Shown here in pieces: positions 48,486 to 58,868 of a DNA stretch of 64,000 bases (positions are counted from its first letter, which is position 1; every line of letters begins with the position of its first letter). Both the position numbers and the translations under genes were made by a program. Source of the stretch: Bdellovibrionales bacterium (lineage in GTDB: Bacteria; Bdellovibrionota; Bdellovibrionia; Bdellovibrionales; UBA1609). The notes beneath the pieces were generated by a model. That model did no database searches. It was not told the DNA's origin and was given only the letters and a program-made list of their open reading frames with translations. The stretch is from assembly GCA_965205945.1 (NCBI GenBank), contig CBDBIB010000003.1, positions 320,001 to 384,000 on the forward strand, written 5' to 3'.

Positions 48486-49010
48486 TTATTTAAAAATGAT
48501 TCCAGTTGATATTAAATATCCAGAAAGATTTTCCTTCCTTGCTGTCTGTTTAGAAAGACTTGAAGTAATTTTGTAGTCGTAAAGGTTTTGCACTTGTGTT
48601 TTAGATGGAGTAATTTTGGTGTTAGGGCTGTTTTGATATACAGTATTAAAATCTAATTTAAATGAAAATTCTCTATTTCCTCTAATAAAATTTATAGTCG
48701 TTCTTCCAGTTTTGCTTGAAGTAAAGTGGCATGCAATATCACCATCTTTATTTGATTTAGAACAGGCTTTAAGGTTTACACCATTAGTTAGTTTATGAGG
48801 TTTTAGGAAAATTCCTTCCATAGGTTTGTTATCATGTGAAACTACTTTAAGATACAGGCTGGCTTTTTGATCTCCGTTTCCAGGAGTTGATACACTTCGT
48901 ACGAAAGAGACTGTATATAAATCTAGGGCCGATACGTACTCTTGAAACTCATTTTCTGTACAAGCAGTAAAGAGTAGTGTGGGTAAAATAAGGAGGTTTA
49001 ATTTATTCAT
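48486..49010 (-). CDS. lipoprotein with an Ig-like (Big_1/invasin-type) domain
   Basis: Lipobox LFTAC; GNG..KA...KV..HDNKPMEG...SNKDG....FTS..TG pattern. Confidence 0.6.
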   Translation of the reverse strand: MNKLNLLILPTLLFTACTENEFQEYVSALDLYTVSFVRSVSTPGNGDQKASLYLKVVSHDNKPMEGIFLKPHKLTNGVNLKACSKSNKDGDIACHFTSSKTGRTTINFIRGNREFSFKLDFNTVYQNSPNTKITPSKTQVQNLYDYKITSSLSKQTARKENLSGYLISTGIIFK

Positions 49011-49017
49011 TATAGGA

Positions 49018-49045
49018 TTATCGTCACGAAGGTCTAGAAACTTTA
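49018..49045 (-). promoter_or_regulatory. sigma28 (FliA)-like promoter
   Basis: TAAAGTTT-N12-GACGATAA versus consensus TAAAGTTT-N11-GCCGATAA. Ends 7 nt before the ATG at 49010. Confidence 0.6.
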
Positions 49046-49684
49046 ATATTTTTGTTTACCAAATTGATCCAAAATTAATGATACCAAAGTGTTTCAACAC
49101 GAGACAAAAATCTGGTATGGTAATTGTGGTTTTTAGAGTGGTAATCTGTTATATATGGAGCTTTTTAAAAATTACCTCTACGGGCTTATAGGCTTTTGAT
49201 TTTGCATATTTTTTTGTTGGAAAAGATAGAGTTCACTTAATTAAAGATTATAAGCGGTTAAATTTAAATACTTTTTTTAAAACAACATCACAGCTTTTAT
49301 TCCAGTGCATGGAATCTTATTCAGGTATTACTTAGTATAGTTGGTATAATATTAAAGATCTTTATAAAACTTAGACAATTCTGGATAAAAATAGATTCAA
49401 TTTGCTCTTATTCTTAAGAATTTGGCTCATAATAAGAAATAATTAAATCATTTAAAACTAGATTAGTAATACAAAAATCTTAGAAGACCGAAGTTTAAAC
49501 ATATACATAAAAGCTTTGGATAATTTATGGGGGTTAAGAAGAAAGCATTAGAACTTAATATAAGAGTAAGAAAAATTATGTTCTTTTCCCCTTAGTAAAT
49601 AGTATTGCAAAAAAACAATATAGTATGAATTTTAAGTGCTGATTTTATATAAGAGTATTAATTAAGAGGAGTAGGGAGATAATT

Positions 49685-50647
49685 ATGATTAAAAATCTAA
49701 GTTTAATAATTGGAATGATTTTGATAATTGGTTGCTCTAATCAAAACTTTCAAACTATAAACACAGATGATGAGTTTCTAGCCTCAGCTACGTATAGTTT
49801 TGATGTAGATGTTTTATGGATTATAGACAATTCATATAAAACTATGGAAAAGCATCAAGATAGAATAGCACAGAAAATGGATGCTTTTTATAATGGGTTA
49901 CTTATAAACAATGCTAATTTTAGAATTGCTGCAACCACTATGGATATGGATCTTTCAGGAGATCAAGGGGAGCTTTTAGGATCAACTCCTGTAGTGAGTA
50001 AAACTACACCAAATGTTGTTGTTAAACTAAAAGAGCTTCTTAAAAGAGGTGGGCAAGGGGCTAATGCTGAGCGAGGGCTTTTAGCCATGAAAACAGCTTT
50101 AAGAAAAGAAAGAGATAAAGGTCAGGCTGCTAAGTTTTTAAGAGATCAGGCTTTATTAGTAGTTGTATTCGTAACAGATGACGATGATTTTAGTGTTGGA
50201 ACAGTTAATGAATATAAAAATTTTTTAGATGATTTAAAAGGTGAAAATACTCAGAGTGAACAAAATTGGATTGTAAATTATATAGGCGTAGTAGATTTAA
50301 ATGATCCACGGTGCACTACTTATGGTAGTTATTCAGCTCGAGGTGAAGATTATTTAGAGCTTGCTAATATTTCTGGTGGAGTTGTTGAGAGCATCTGTAA
50401 TACAGATTTTAGTTCGTATGTGAATCAAATTAATATTCGACTTAAGTCTGTTTTAAACAGATATCAATTAGATTCTAAACCAATACTAGACTCATTAACC
50501 GTTTATATTAATGGTGTGTTAGTCCGAAAAGATATTATGAATGGATGGAGTTACGATGGAGAAAAAAATATAATCACTTTAAACGGATCAGCAAAACCGA
50601 ATCCGAATGATAATGTTGAAATTAAATATGAAATTAAAGAAGTTTAA
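49685..50647 (+). CDS. VWA-domain lipoprotein (CglB-like)
   Basis: Lipobox IIGC, DVLWIIDNS, FLRDQA.LVVVFVTDDDD, SICNTDF. First gene of the Agl/Glt-type operon. Confidence 0.75.
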   Translation: MIKNLSLIIGMILIIGCSNQNFQTINTDDEFLASATYSFDVDVLWIIDNSYKTMEKHQDRIAQKMDAFYNGLLINNANFRIAATTMDMDLSGDQGELLGSTPVVSKTTPNVVVKLKELLKRGGQGANAERGLLAMKTALRKERDKGQAAKFLRDQALLVVVFVTDDDDFSVGTVNEYKNFLDDLKGENTQSEQNWIVNYIGVVDLNDPRCTTYGSYSARGEDYLELANISGGVVESICNTDFSSYVNQINIRLKSVLNRYQLDSKPILDSLTVYINGVLVRKDIMNGWSYDGEKNIITLNGSAKPNPNDNVEIKYEIKEV

Positions 50648-50673
50648 ATAAAATATTAAAAGGAGTTAAAAAG

Positions 50674-51336
50674 ATGGAAGGGATATTAGATATGATTGTA
50701 AGCAGTGGCCTGGCAGGTTACTGCATAGCAGTTTTAGCAATTTTTGCACTAGGGTTAACTCTAGATAGAGTTAAAACTTTATTTTTTGATTTGTCTATTA
50801 AAACAGATGAGTTTATTGCTCAGGTAAGAAGTCTAGTCGTTTCAGGTCAAATTGAAGAAGCTGTAACATTCAGTGATGCTAATAGGAAAGCTCCTGTTGC
50901 TCATATTGTAAAAGCTATTGTTGAGAGAGCAGATAGAGATGAAGAGTCTATTAGAAAAGGAATGGAAATTTCATTTTCTGAGATTTTACCAAAAATAACT
51001 CAAAGACTAGGTTATTTAGCAATGATTTCAAATGTTGTAACTCTCATAGGTTTATTGGGTACAATTACGGGTTTGATTTTATCTTTTGAAGCTGTTGCAA
51101 ATGCAGATCCATCTCAAAAAGGTGAAATGCTTGCACAAGGTATATCTCTTGCTATGAACACAACCGCATTAGGATTATCAGTAGCGATTCCAGTAATGAT
51201 GATTTATTCAATTTTACATGCAAAGCAAAATAAAATTTTAAATGAATGTGTTGAGCAATCATCTAAAATTATGGATTTACTATCTAGTCGAATCTACACT
51301 CAAAGTGAAAAGAGTAAAGATAATAAAGTCGCATAA
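50674..51336 (+). CDS. MotA/TolQ/ExbB proton channel (AglR-like)
   Basis: TLIGLLGTITGLI.SF, LAQGISLAMNTTALGL.VAIP. Confidence 0.92.
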   Translation: MEGILDMIVSSGLAGYCIAVLAIFALGLTLDRVKTLFFDLSIKTDEFIAQVRSLVVSGQIEEAVTFSDANRKAPVAHIVKAIVERADRDEESIRKGMEISFSEILPKITQRLGYLAMISNVVTLIGLLGTITGLILSFEAVANADPSQKGEMLAQGISLAMNTTALGLSVAIPVMMIYSILHAKQNKILNECVEQSSKIMDLLSSRIYTQSEKSKDNKVA

Positions 51337-51356
51337 GAAGAGGAAAGTAGATTAAA

Positions 51357-51911
51357 ATGTTTAATTTAAAAGATTTTATAGAAGATCAAAATGAAGGTGA
51401 AAAAAGTTTAGAAATAGACTTATCTCCTCTTTTAGCTTTAATGGTGACCTTGATTCCTGTGTTATTGTTGCAGACTTCATTTTTAACACTTGCTATGATT
51501 GAAACATCGCTTCCAATTCTTTCTGATGTAAAGCAAAAACCAGTAGTTAAGAAAGAAAATGAAATTGATTTTGATTTAAATGTTGCTGCTAAAAAAGAAA
51601 GTTCTTTTGAAGTAAAAGTGCAGGTGAATAGTAAAGTTGTTAAGAAAGTTAAGATTAAAGCGTTAGAAGGGGAATTTAATTTAAAAGGTTTGCGAGAAGA
51701 GCTGTCGCTTTTAAAAATGAAATATCCTAAAGAGGTGGGAGCAAAGCTTACTCCTGTTGATGATGTTAGTTATGAAAATATAATTAAAATTTTAGATACG
51801 ATGAGAAGAGATGATTCTGGGAAACAATATTACTTTAAAGATGATCAAGGTAGAATGGTTGAAACTTCGATGCTATTTCCAGATGTAGTTTTTGGAAATA
51901 TAGCTAAATAA
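51357..51911 (+). CDS. ExbD/TolR family protein (AglQ/AglS-like)
   Basis: IDLSPLLALMVTLIPVLL, YENIIKILD. The usual TM Asp appears to be absent. Confidence 0.85.
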   Translation: MFNLKDFIEDQNEGEKSLEIDLSPLLALMVTLIPVLLLQTSFLTLAMIETSLPILSDVKQKPVVKKENEIDFDLNVAAKKESSFEVKVQVNSKVVKKVKIKALEGEFNLKGLREELSLLKMKYPKEVGAKLTPVDDVSYENIIKILDTMRRDDSGKQYYFKDDQGRMVETSMLFPDVVFGNIAK

Positions 51912-51920
51912 GAGGAAAAG

Positions 51921-52436
51921 ATGTCTGTAATAGATGAAGTTATTAAAAAATCAAAAAAAAATGATAGTTTTGGTCTACAACTAACAGCAATGGTTGATAT
52001 GTTTACAATTATGATTGTCTTTTTATTAAAAAGCTATGATTCATCTACATTAGAGATTAAAAATGTTGATAATTTAAAATTACCAGCTTCAGTAACGGCC
52101 TCTGTTCCAGAAGAAGCGTTATTGATGCTGATTTCTCAAAAAGCAATATTTATTAATAATAAGAAAATTGCAGGCATTACAAATGGAAAAATAGAGGTTG
52201 AATTTTTATCAAAAAATGATGAGGACTATATAGAACCGTTATTTAAAGAACTTAATAAAGAAGCTAAGAAAATTGAAAAAATCGCAGAAAGAAACTCTAC
52301 TGTTAAGTTTAAAGGTAAAGTTTTTATGCAGGCAGATAAAAAACTTCATTATTCAGTATTAAGAAAGGTTTTATATACAGCTACAATGGCTGGGTATGGA
52401 GATTTAAGACTTGCTGCCATTAATGGGGCTAAGTAG
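51921..52436 (+). CDS. ExbD/TolR family protein (AglS-like)
   Basis: LTAMVDMFTIMIVFLL, QADK...Y....KV.YT...AGY. Confidence 0.9.
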   Translation: MSVIDEVIKKSKKNDSFGLQLTAMVDMFTIMIVFLLKSYDSSTLEIKNVDNLKLPASVTASVPEEALLMLISQKAIFINNKKIAGITNGKIEVEFLSKNDEDYIEPLFKELNKEAKKIEKIAERNSTVKFKGKVFMQADKKLHYSVLRKVLYTATMAGYGDLRLAAINGAK

Positions 52437-55355
52437 ATGAAGAAAAATGTTTTTGTTTTTATGGCATCAGTATTACTTATGGTTTTAGAGCCTGCTCAAG
52501 CAAGCCTTAAAGACGATGTGATTAAAGATTTAAGATTAGATTTTAAAGATGAATTTAAAACACAGCAAAGTATGATAGCTTCGGAAATTTTAATTTCAAA
52601 ATCTGAAGAAAAAGCACTAAAACATTTAAAAAAGTTAATTAAAAAATACAAAGGCACAAGTGTCGAACCTGAGTTAAAATTTAGACTAGCAGAGTTGTTT
52701 ATGAATAGGGCTAAATCTGCTAGATATATTGAGCAAATTATTCAAGATAGTGATGGCGCCACTTCATTTTTACCTTCAAAGATTAAATCTTTAAAAGAAA
52801 AAAGGATGGTTAAAAAAGCTATATCTGAATATAGTCAAATAGAAAAAACTTTCCCCAAATATAAAGCTATAGATGAAGTTATGTTTAATAAAGCTTTTGC
52901 TCAACTTCAAATTGATCAAGAGCTTCAGGCAGAGCAGTCATTTATTAAACTTTTAAAAACACAAGCTCAATCAAGATTAAGACCGGATGCTTTTTTGGCA
53001 GTTGGAGAGATTAATTTTAAAAGAAAAGCTTTTAAAAAAGCATTGAGTTACTTTAAGAGAGTTAAAAAACATAAAAATGCTAGAGTATACCCTTATGCCC
53101 TATATAAAGGTGCATGGTGTTATCATAATTTAAATGATTATAAACAGGCTATAAAAGAGCTTGAAAAAGTTATTTATTTTGGTGCAAAAATTGAAAAAGA
53201 GGGTAAAGATCAACGCTTAGATTTAAGGGCTGAGGCTTTAACTGATATGTCTTTGTTTTATAGCTCTAGTCGTCCCGCTAAAGATGCTGTAACCTATTTT
53301 AAAAATTTATCAGGAACAAAGGATTTTTTTCCAGCATTAGAAAAATTAGCAAAAATTTATGAAAAACATGGTAAAGATGAAAAACAAGAAATTATTTTAA
53401 TAGATTTAATTAAAACTTTTCCTAAATCTGTTAAAAGACCATTTTTTTATGAGGCCTTAGCAAAAAATTTAAACCGACAGTTAAAATATCAAAAGTCAGT
53501 TACTTATTTGTGGTCTTTTTATAAAGTTTGTAAAGAAGTTTCTAAGGATACTCAAGAAAAACCATGCATAGAAGAAGTCAATACTCTTTCAAGAAAATTT
53601 GCTGTAAAATGGCTAAAAATTTACAGAGAGAATAAGACTAAACAGATTATGTCAAAAGTGGCAGAAGAGGCGTTTAGAGTTTACTTAATAGATAAAAAAC
53701 CTGAAGATGGTAATAGTGAAATTAGATTCTTATTTGCAGAACATTTATTTGAACTTAGTAAGTTTGCAGAATCATCTAATGAATATGTAAAAGTTGGGGA
53801 TTCTTCAAAAAATAAAGAACGTCATCATAAGGCAAGGTATGCAGCAATTGTAGCATATGATTTATCATATAAATCTAATATAAAAGGTAAAGCAATACCA
53901 AGATTTAGAATATTGTCTGAAACTTATATGAAAGAATTTCCAGAGGGTGTTAAATACTTAGATGTTGGGTTTAAACTAGGCTTATTTGATTATACGAATA
54001 AAAAATATGATCTAGCAGCTCCTCTTTTAGTAAAGTTAGGAAATAAATTTTCTCAATTAATCAAAGGTAAAAAATCTCAAGATTTATACTTAGATATTTT
54101 AAATTCAAAGAAAGAGTATGTAAAAATACAAAAATTTGCAAAGAAATGGAAAATTAAAGAAAAAAATAAAAATCGAGTAGTGCAGTTACAAAACATATAT
54201 GAACAAGCATTTTTTTCAGAAGTAGCAATTCTTCAAAACAAGAAAGAATATGAAAAATCTATAGATAGGTATATTAGTTTTATTAAAGAAAATTCAAAAT
54301 CAAAACTTGTGGATGAGGCTAGGTGGAATAAAATTAACCTTCACTTTAAACTTAAAGAATATGATAAAACAGCAGAGGGCTACATCTCATTTTATAAAAT
54401 TCATCCAACACATGAAAACGCTATTTTAGGCTTGGTTAAAGCTGTTGAAATATATGAAATGATGGCAGAGCCAGAGTTTGCATATAAAGTATCTGAAATT
54501 TTGATAAAATCAGATTTAAAAAATAAAGAAAAATGGAAGTTTCTTTCTGCTAACTATTTAAAAGCATCAGGTCAGTATGAGGCAGCAGCAAAAATCTTTT
54601 TAAGCATTTATTATACATCAGATAAAAAGAATGAATTTAAAAATTTTGCAAGAGATGAGTTTTTTTCAATGAAGAATCAGCTTTTAGATAGCTCTCCATG
54701 GTATCAAGAACGTATTAAGGTTTTTATGAAATCAAAATCTCGACAAGTGGCATCAACTGCAGTTCGATCTTATGCTGAGCACTTATACGCTAAAGGAAAT
54801 AGTGTAGAATTTGTGAAGTTTATTAATAAAAATAAGTGGAATAAAGAGTTAATACCTGAAAAACAAGCCATACTTCATATGTATGATGGTAAGAGGAAAG
54901 AGGGTTGGTTTTTTAATGAAAAAATTGTAAGTACTTCAATGAATGAAATTGTTAAGAGTATTCAAGCTAGAACAAAGAGGATGGACCAAGTACAAAGAGC
55001 TTATCAAAGAGCTCTTATAGATGAAGATGTAAAAATCTCCATACAAGCTTTATTAGGATTATCACGTATTTATCAACAGTATGTTGAGGAGTTAAGAGTC
55101 TTAAAACCTCCTTCAACTTTTTTAAAAGAAGAGGTTGATGCGTTAAAAGGTGAGCTTGCAAATATTATTATGCCTTTTGAAGAAAAGGCTGCAGAAGCAC
55201 TAGATCAAGCCTTAAAGGTTGCGTCTGAAGCTAAAATTAAAGATGGCTCAATTAAAGAAATTAGAATTCTTTTTGATAGAGTAAATTTAGATGAAAAAAT
55301 AGTTTATCCTATTTCTTTAAATCTTCCAAATCCAATAGGGCCAAGGGGGTACTAA
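52437..55355 (+). CDS. large periplasmic TPR protein (GltD/AgmU-like)
   Basis: Signal peptide, many TPRs (YALYKGAWCYHNL), operon position. Confidence 0.8.
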   Translation: MKKNVFVFMASVLLMVLEPAQASLKDDVIKDLRLDFKDEFKTQQSMIASEILISKSEEKALKHLKKLIKKYKGTSVEPELKFRLAELFMNRAKSARYIEQIIQDSDGATSFLPSKIKSLKEKRMVKKAISEYSQIEKTFPKYKAIDEVMFNKAFAQLQIDQELQAEQSFIKLLKTQAQSRLRPDAFLAVGEINFKRKAFKKALSYFKRVKKHKNARVYPYALYKGAWCYHNLNDYKQAIKELEKVIYFGAKIEKEGKDQRLDLRAEALTDMSLFYSSSRPAKDAVTYFKNLSGTKDFFPALEKLAKIYEKHGKDEKQEIILIDLIKTFPKSVKRPFFYEALAKNLNRQLKYQKSVTYLWSFYKVCKEVSKDTQEKPCIEEVNTLSRKFAVKWLKIYRENKTKQIMSKVAEEAFRVYLIDKKPEDGNSEIRFLFAEHLFELSKFAESSNEYVKVGDSSKNKERHHKARYAAIVAYDLSYKSNIKGKAIPRFRILSETYMKEFPEGVKYLDVGFKLGLFDYTNKKYDLAAPLLVKLGNKFSQLIKGKKSQDLYLDILNSKKEYVKIQKFAKKWKIKEKNKNRVVQLQNIYEQAFFSEVAILQNKKEYEKSIDRYISFIKENSKSKLVDEARWNKINLHFKLKEYDKTAEGYISFYKIHPTHENAILGLVKAVEIYEMMAEPEFAYKVSEILIKSDLKNKEKWKFLSANYLKASGQYEAAAKIFLSIYYTSDKKNEFKNFARDEFFSMKNQLLDSSPWYQERIKVFMKSKSRQVASTAVRSYAEHLYAKGNSVEFVKFINKNKWNKELIPEKQAILHMYDGKRKEGWFFNEKIVSTSMNEIVKSIQARTKRMDQVQRAYQRALIDEDVKISIQALLGLSRIYQQYVEELRVLKPPSTFLKEEVDALKGELANIIMPFEEKAAEALDQALKVASEAKIKDGSIKEIRILFDRVNLDEKIVYPISLNLPNPIGPRGY

Positions 55356-55356
55356 A

Positions 55357-56301
55357 ATGAAATATGGTCTGGTGGTATTAGGATTTATTTTTATTTTAGG
55401 ATGTGCTACAAGCCCATCTAGTAAAATGAGCTATGTTCAAGGCTTAAAGGGTTTAAAGCAAGATTTTCAAGATGTTAAGAAAATAGAGGTTTTATATAGC
55501 AGTGGTATTAAGGCATCATCAAACCTTAAAGTTTTAAGAGCTCAAGTTTCTTGTGAAGAATATGAAAATATAGATAAAAAAAAATGGAGAAGAATGCTTG
55601 AAATAGGTTACTCTTGTATTAAAAAAAAGAACTGGGGTGCTTTATCAGTTATTGCTAAGAGCCTTTCACATAACCATTTAAAAGCTCCTTGGGGGCCATA
55701 TTATAGAAGTATTATAGCGGAACAAGAGGGTGATTTTGCTCGAGCTATTTGGATGGTGGATTTAGCATTAAAAAAGGCTCCAGATAATCCTATAATTATT
55801 TTTCAAAAAGCTAGAATCTTATGGCTAATTAAAAATGAATCTGCAGCATATAAGATGATGAAAAAAGTGGTAAAGCTTAATCCAAAAAATTATGATGCAC
55901 TTTTATTTTTAGGAAATATTTATTATAGGGATCAAGATTTTAAAGAAGCACTGGGTTTTTATAAAAAAGTTTTAAAGTACAATTACAAAGATGCTGCATA
56001 TAGAGCAGCAATGGGAGAATCTAACTTTTATTTAAGAAATTATCAAGAAAGTATTAAGCATTATAAAGCGGCGGCTGTAAGATCTAAGCTAAATGCATCG
56101 TTATTTTATAAATTAGGATTGTCATATAAAAATTTAAAAAATTGGACAAATGCAAAATTTTATTTAGAAAAAGCAATAGCACAAAGAAGAAAGGGTCGAA
56201 GTTTAGCTTCACTCTCGGATGAAAAAATAAGGACTCAGCTTAAAATAGTAGAAGCTAAAATTAGAGAAATTAAGGGGAATAAAAATGAAAAAACTAAGTA
56301 A
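55357..56301 (+). CDS. TPR lipoprotein (GltE/AglT-like)
   Basis: Lipobox ILGC and tandem TPRs. Confidence 0.78.
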   Translation: MKYGLVVLGFIFILGCATSPSSKMSYVQGLKGLKQDFQDVKKIEVLYSSGIKASSNLKVLRAQVSCEEYENIDKKKWRRMLEIGYSCIKKKNWGALSVIAKSLSHNHLKAPWGPYYRSIIAEQEGDFARAIWMVDLALKKAPDNPIIIFQKARILWLIKNESAAYKMMKKVVKLNPKNYDALLFLGNIYYRDQDFKEALGFYKKVLKYNYKDAAYRAAMGESNFYLRNYQESIKHYKAAAVRSKLNASLFYKLGLSYKNLKNWTNAKFYLEKAIAQRRKGRSLASLSDEKIRTQLKIVEAKIREIKGNKNEKTK

Positions 56302-56539
56302 TTGTACCCTTATATTTTTATTCATGCTTTGTTTTATTTTTGTTATTCCACTAGGCTCATATGCTAAGAAAAATAAAAGACAAACTATAGATTTAGAGGG
56401 TGCTGATATTGATGGTGAAGTAAGATCTCCTACAGGAGATTATGTTCTTCAAAAGAGTGGCGTAGATTTTCTTCCTTTGTATGAGAAAAAGAAAGAAATG
56501 AATAAAGAAATTAAAAAGACTGTACACTTTTTGAGGTAA
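56285..56539 (+). CDS. small secreted protein (GltF-like)
   Basis: Signal peptide, IDLEGADIDGEVRSP.G motif, placed before the FHA-TonB-C gene. Confidence 0.7.
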   Translation: MKKLSNCTLIFLFMLCFIFVIPLGSYAKKNKRQTIDLEGADIDGEVRSPTGDYVLQKSGVDFLPLYEKKKEMNKEIKKTVHFLR

Positions 56540-56542
56540 GGT

Positions 56543-58081
56543 ATGAAAGAATTATTAATAAAACATGAGCTTAATGGAAAGGTGATTAATAGGTTTAGAG
56601 TTAAACCAAATGTTAAATCCGATGTATTCATTGTAGGTTCAAGTAGAAAAGCTAATATTCGAATTATAGGAGATAATATTTCTCCTATACATGCGGCTTT
56701 TGAAGTGAGAAACGGTGTTTGGAATATAATTGACTTAGGAAGTCAAACTGGTACTTGGCTTAAAAATAAACCGATTTTAGAAAATGAAGTAAATCATTTA
56801 ATTCATGTTCGTATTGGTGAACACAGTTTAAGTGTTGAACCCATTGCAACCATTGATGATAGAGTTTTTAAAGAATCCAAAAAAATTGATATTGCAGGTA
56901 ATAACGCTACTGTATATCAACAAATTGCAATATTTTATCAAAATAAGCTTGTAGAGTCATATCTTGAAAAACCTAAAAAAGATTTAAAAATTCCTTATGG
57001 GAAAGAATTAATTGATATTAAGGCCCCCGTTAATGCTGATTGGATTGAAAATAAGAGAAGGGACTATGTTATTAAAAATAGACTTGTTCGCTCAGCAAAA
57101 TTTGAAAATAAAGAAAAATCTATTTGGTCAGTATTTCCAAAAGATTTAGTAAAACCGTTTAGCTACGCTTTTGGTTCAGCGTGTTTATTCTTTCTTTCCC
57201 TGTATATTATTCCAAAAGCTTTAAATTCAGATCCTGGTGGGCTTAAAGATAATCAGTATACAAGATTAATCTTTGATCAAAAAACTATTGAAAAACAAAG
57301 GAAAAAATCAGCTGTTCTCATTAAAAAGTTAGAAGAGAAAAAAATTGATAAAGTAGTAAAAACCAAAAAGGTCACATCAAAAATAAAAAATTCAGAAAAA
57401 AAATTAGCAAAACTTGCTCCATCTAGAAGTAGTCAGGTGATTAGGGCTAAAGTAGATAAAGTAGTTTCTAGTATTAAGGCCTCAGGGTTAAGTTCTTTAG
57501 TAAGTAAGGTTTCACAAAGGGCATCAAGTAATGCAAGAATTATAAAATCTAGTGGTTTTAAGGCGGGTTCTGGGCAGGGTAGTAGAGCATTTGCATCTAT
57601 TAACGATGTTAAAAACAGTGCTAAGCTTAGTGATGCAACAAAAAAAGGTTTATTTAGAGTAAGGGGGATTTCAACAGGTGGAGAGGCTGGTGGGAGTAAG
57701 GTTTCTTCAAGCCTTGGTGGATTGTCTGGTACTGGGATTGGATCGGCTACAGTGGGGGCTTTAGATGAGGAAACTGAGGTAGAAGGAGGTCTAACAGCTA
57801 GTCAAATAGCTAGGGTAGTTAAGAAAAATTTGGGTGCGATAAGGTATTGTTATGAAAGACAACTAGTGGCAAATCCAAATCTTTATGGAAAAATCAAAGT
57901 TGAATTTGTGATTTCTCCGACAGGTAAAGTGGTAACACAAAGAATTAAATCAACAACAATGCAACATGCTTTAACAGAGGGTTGTATTTTAAGAAAAATT
58001 AAGAAATGGGTGTTTCCATTTCCAAAGGGAGGTTCGGAAGTAGCTGTTTCTTACCCTTTTTATTTTAAATCAACAAAATAA
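56543..58081 (+). CDS. FHA-TM-TonB-C-like protein (GltG/PglI, AgmX/PglI C-terminal domain)
   Basis: FHA (ISPIHA..DLGSQTGT), TM, Gly-rich linker, IRYCYE..L...P.L.GK...C......W.FP.P.GG...V.YPF.F. Confidence 0.87.
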   Translation: MKELLIKHELNGKVINRFRVKPNVKSDVFIVGSSRKANIRIIGDNISPIHAAFEVRNGVWNIIDLGSQTGTWLKNKPILENEVNHLIHVRIGEHSLSVEPIATIDDRVFKESKKIDIAGNNATVYQQIAIFYQNKLVESYLEKPKKDLKIPYGKELIDIKAPVNADWIENKRRDYVIKNRLVRSAKFENKEKSIWSVFPKDLVKPFSYAFGSACLFFLSLYIIPKALNSDPGGLKDNQYTRLIFDQKTIEKQRKKSAVLIKKLEEKKIDKVVKTKKVTSKIKNSEKKLAKLAPSRSSQVIRAKVDKVVSSIKASGLSSLVSKVSQRASSNARIIKSSGFKAGSGQGSRAFASINDVKNSAKLSDATKKGLFRVRGISTGGEAGGSKVSSSLGGLSGTGIGSATVGALDEETEVEGGLTASQIARVVKKNLGAIRYCYERQLVANPNLYGKIKVEFVISPTGKVVTQRIKSTTMQHALTEGCILRKIKKWVFPFPKGGSEVAVSYPFYFKSTK

Positions 58082-58107
58082 TATGGAACTTTGTAGAGGT
58101 AATAAAA

Positions 58108-58854
58108 GTGAGATTAATATATAAAGTAGCGATAATAGTGTTAATGAGTTTTAGTTGTTTAGCTTTGGCTCAAAGTAAAAAAGATGAATCTCCTAAAAAG
58201 ATAGATATTCAGAATTTAGAAAAAAGATACTGGGCTCCAAAAGATAAAAAATTTAAAGTTGTTCAAAATAGAACGTATACAAAAACAAAAAAACTATCAC
58301 TTAGTTTAGCACCATCTTTAATGCTTAATGAAGAGTATTCTAAAGGTTTTGGAATGAGTATGGCTATGGGGTATTACTTTAATGATAGATATGGGCTTGA
58401 ATTAGAATATCAAGTTATATCTTTAAATGATAATGACCTTGTTAAGCAAATTCAAACTATTGGCGAAGGTAGTGGTGCATGGGCAAATCATGGTAAAAGC
58501 GTGTCCTACTATGGGGCTGCAGCTAGATGGATACCTTTTTATGCAAAAATGAGTTTTTTAGGAAATAAAATTGTATATTTTGATTTAAGCCTAGGTTTAA
58601 GTGCTGGAACTATTAAATATGAGCAGCAATTAAGAACAGACATAAAAGAACCAATAAAAAAAGCCATAGCGTTTGGTTTTGATATTAGTCAGAGTTTTTA
58701 TATATTTAAAAAACTACTGCTAAGAGCAGACTATAAACATAGGTTTTACTCTCAAGAAATTATAGAAGGTGGGCGTGTAGATACAGGTAAATTTATAAGA
58801 GATCGTCAAGAAGATAGTATTTTACTTAACTTAGGGCTAACTTATTTGTTTTAG
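58108..58854 (+). CDS. outer-membrane beta-barrel protein (GltA/GltB-like)
   Basis: Signal peptide, VVQNR.Y.K, PFYAKMS, C-terminal LGLTYLF. Confidence 0.82.
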   Translation: MRLIYKVAIIVLMSFSCLALAQSKKDESPKKIDIQNLEKRYWAPKDKKFKVVQNRTYTKTKKLSLSLAPSLMLNEEYSKGFGMSMAMGYYFNDRYGLELEYQVISLNDNDLVKQIQTIGEGSGAWANHGKSVSYYGAAARWIPFYAKMSFLGNKIVYFDLSLGLSAGTIKYEQQLRTDIKEPIKKAIAFGFDISQSFYIFKKLLLRADYKHRFYSQEIIEGGRVDTGKFIRDRQEDSILLNLGLTYLF

Positions 58855-58868
58855 AATAAGGAATTGAT

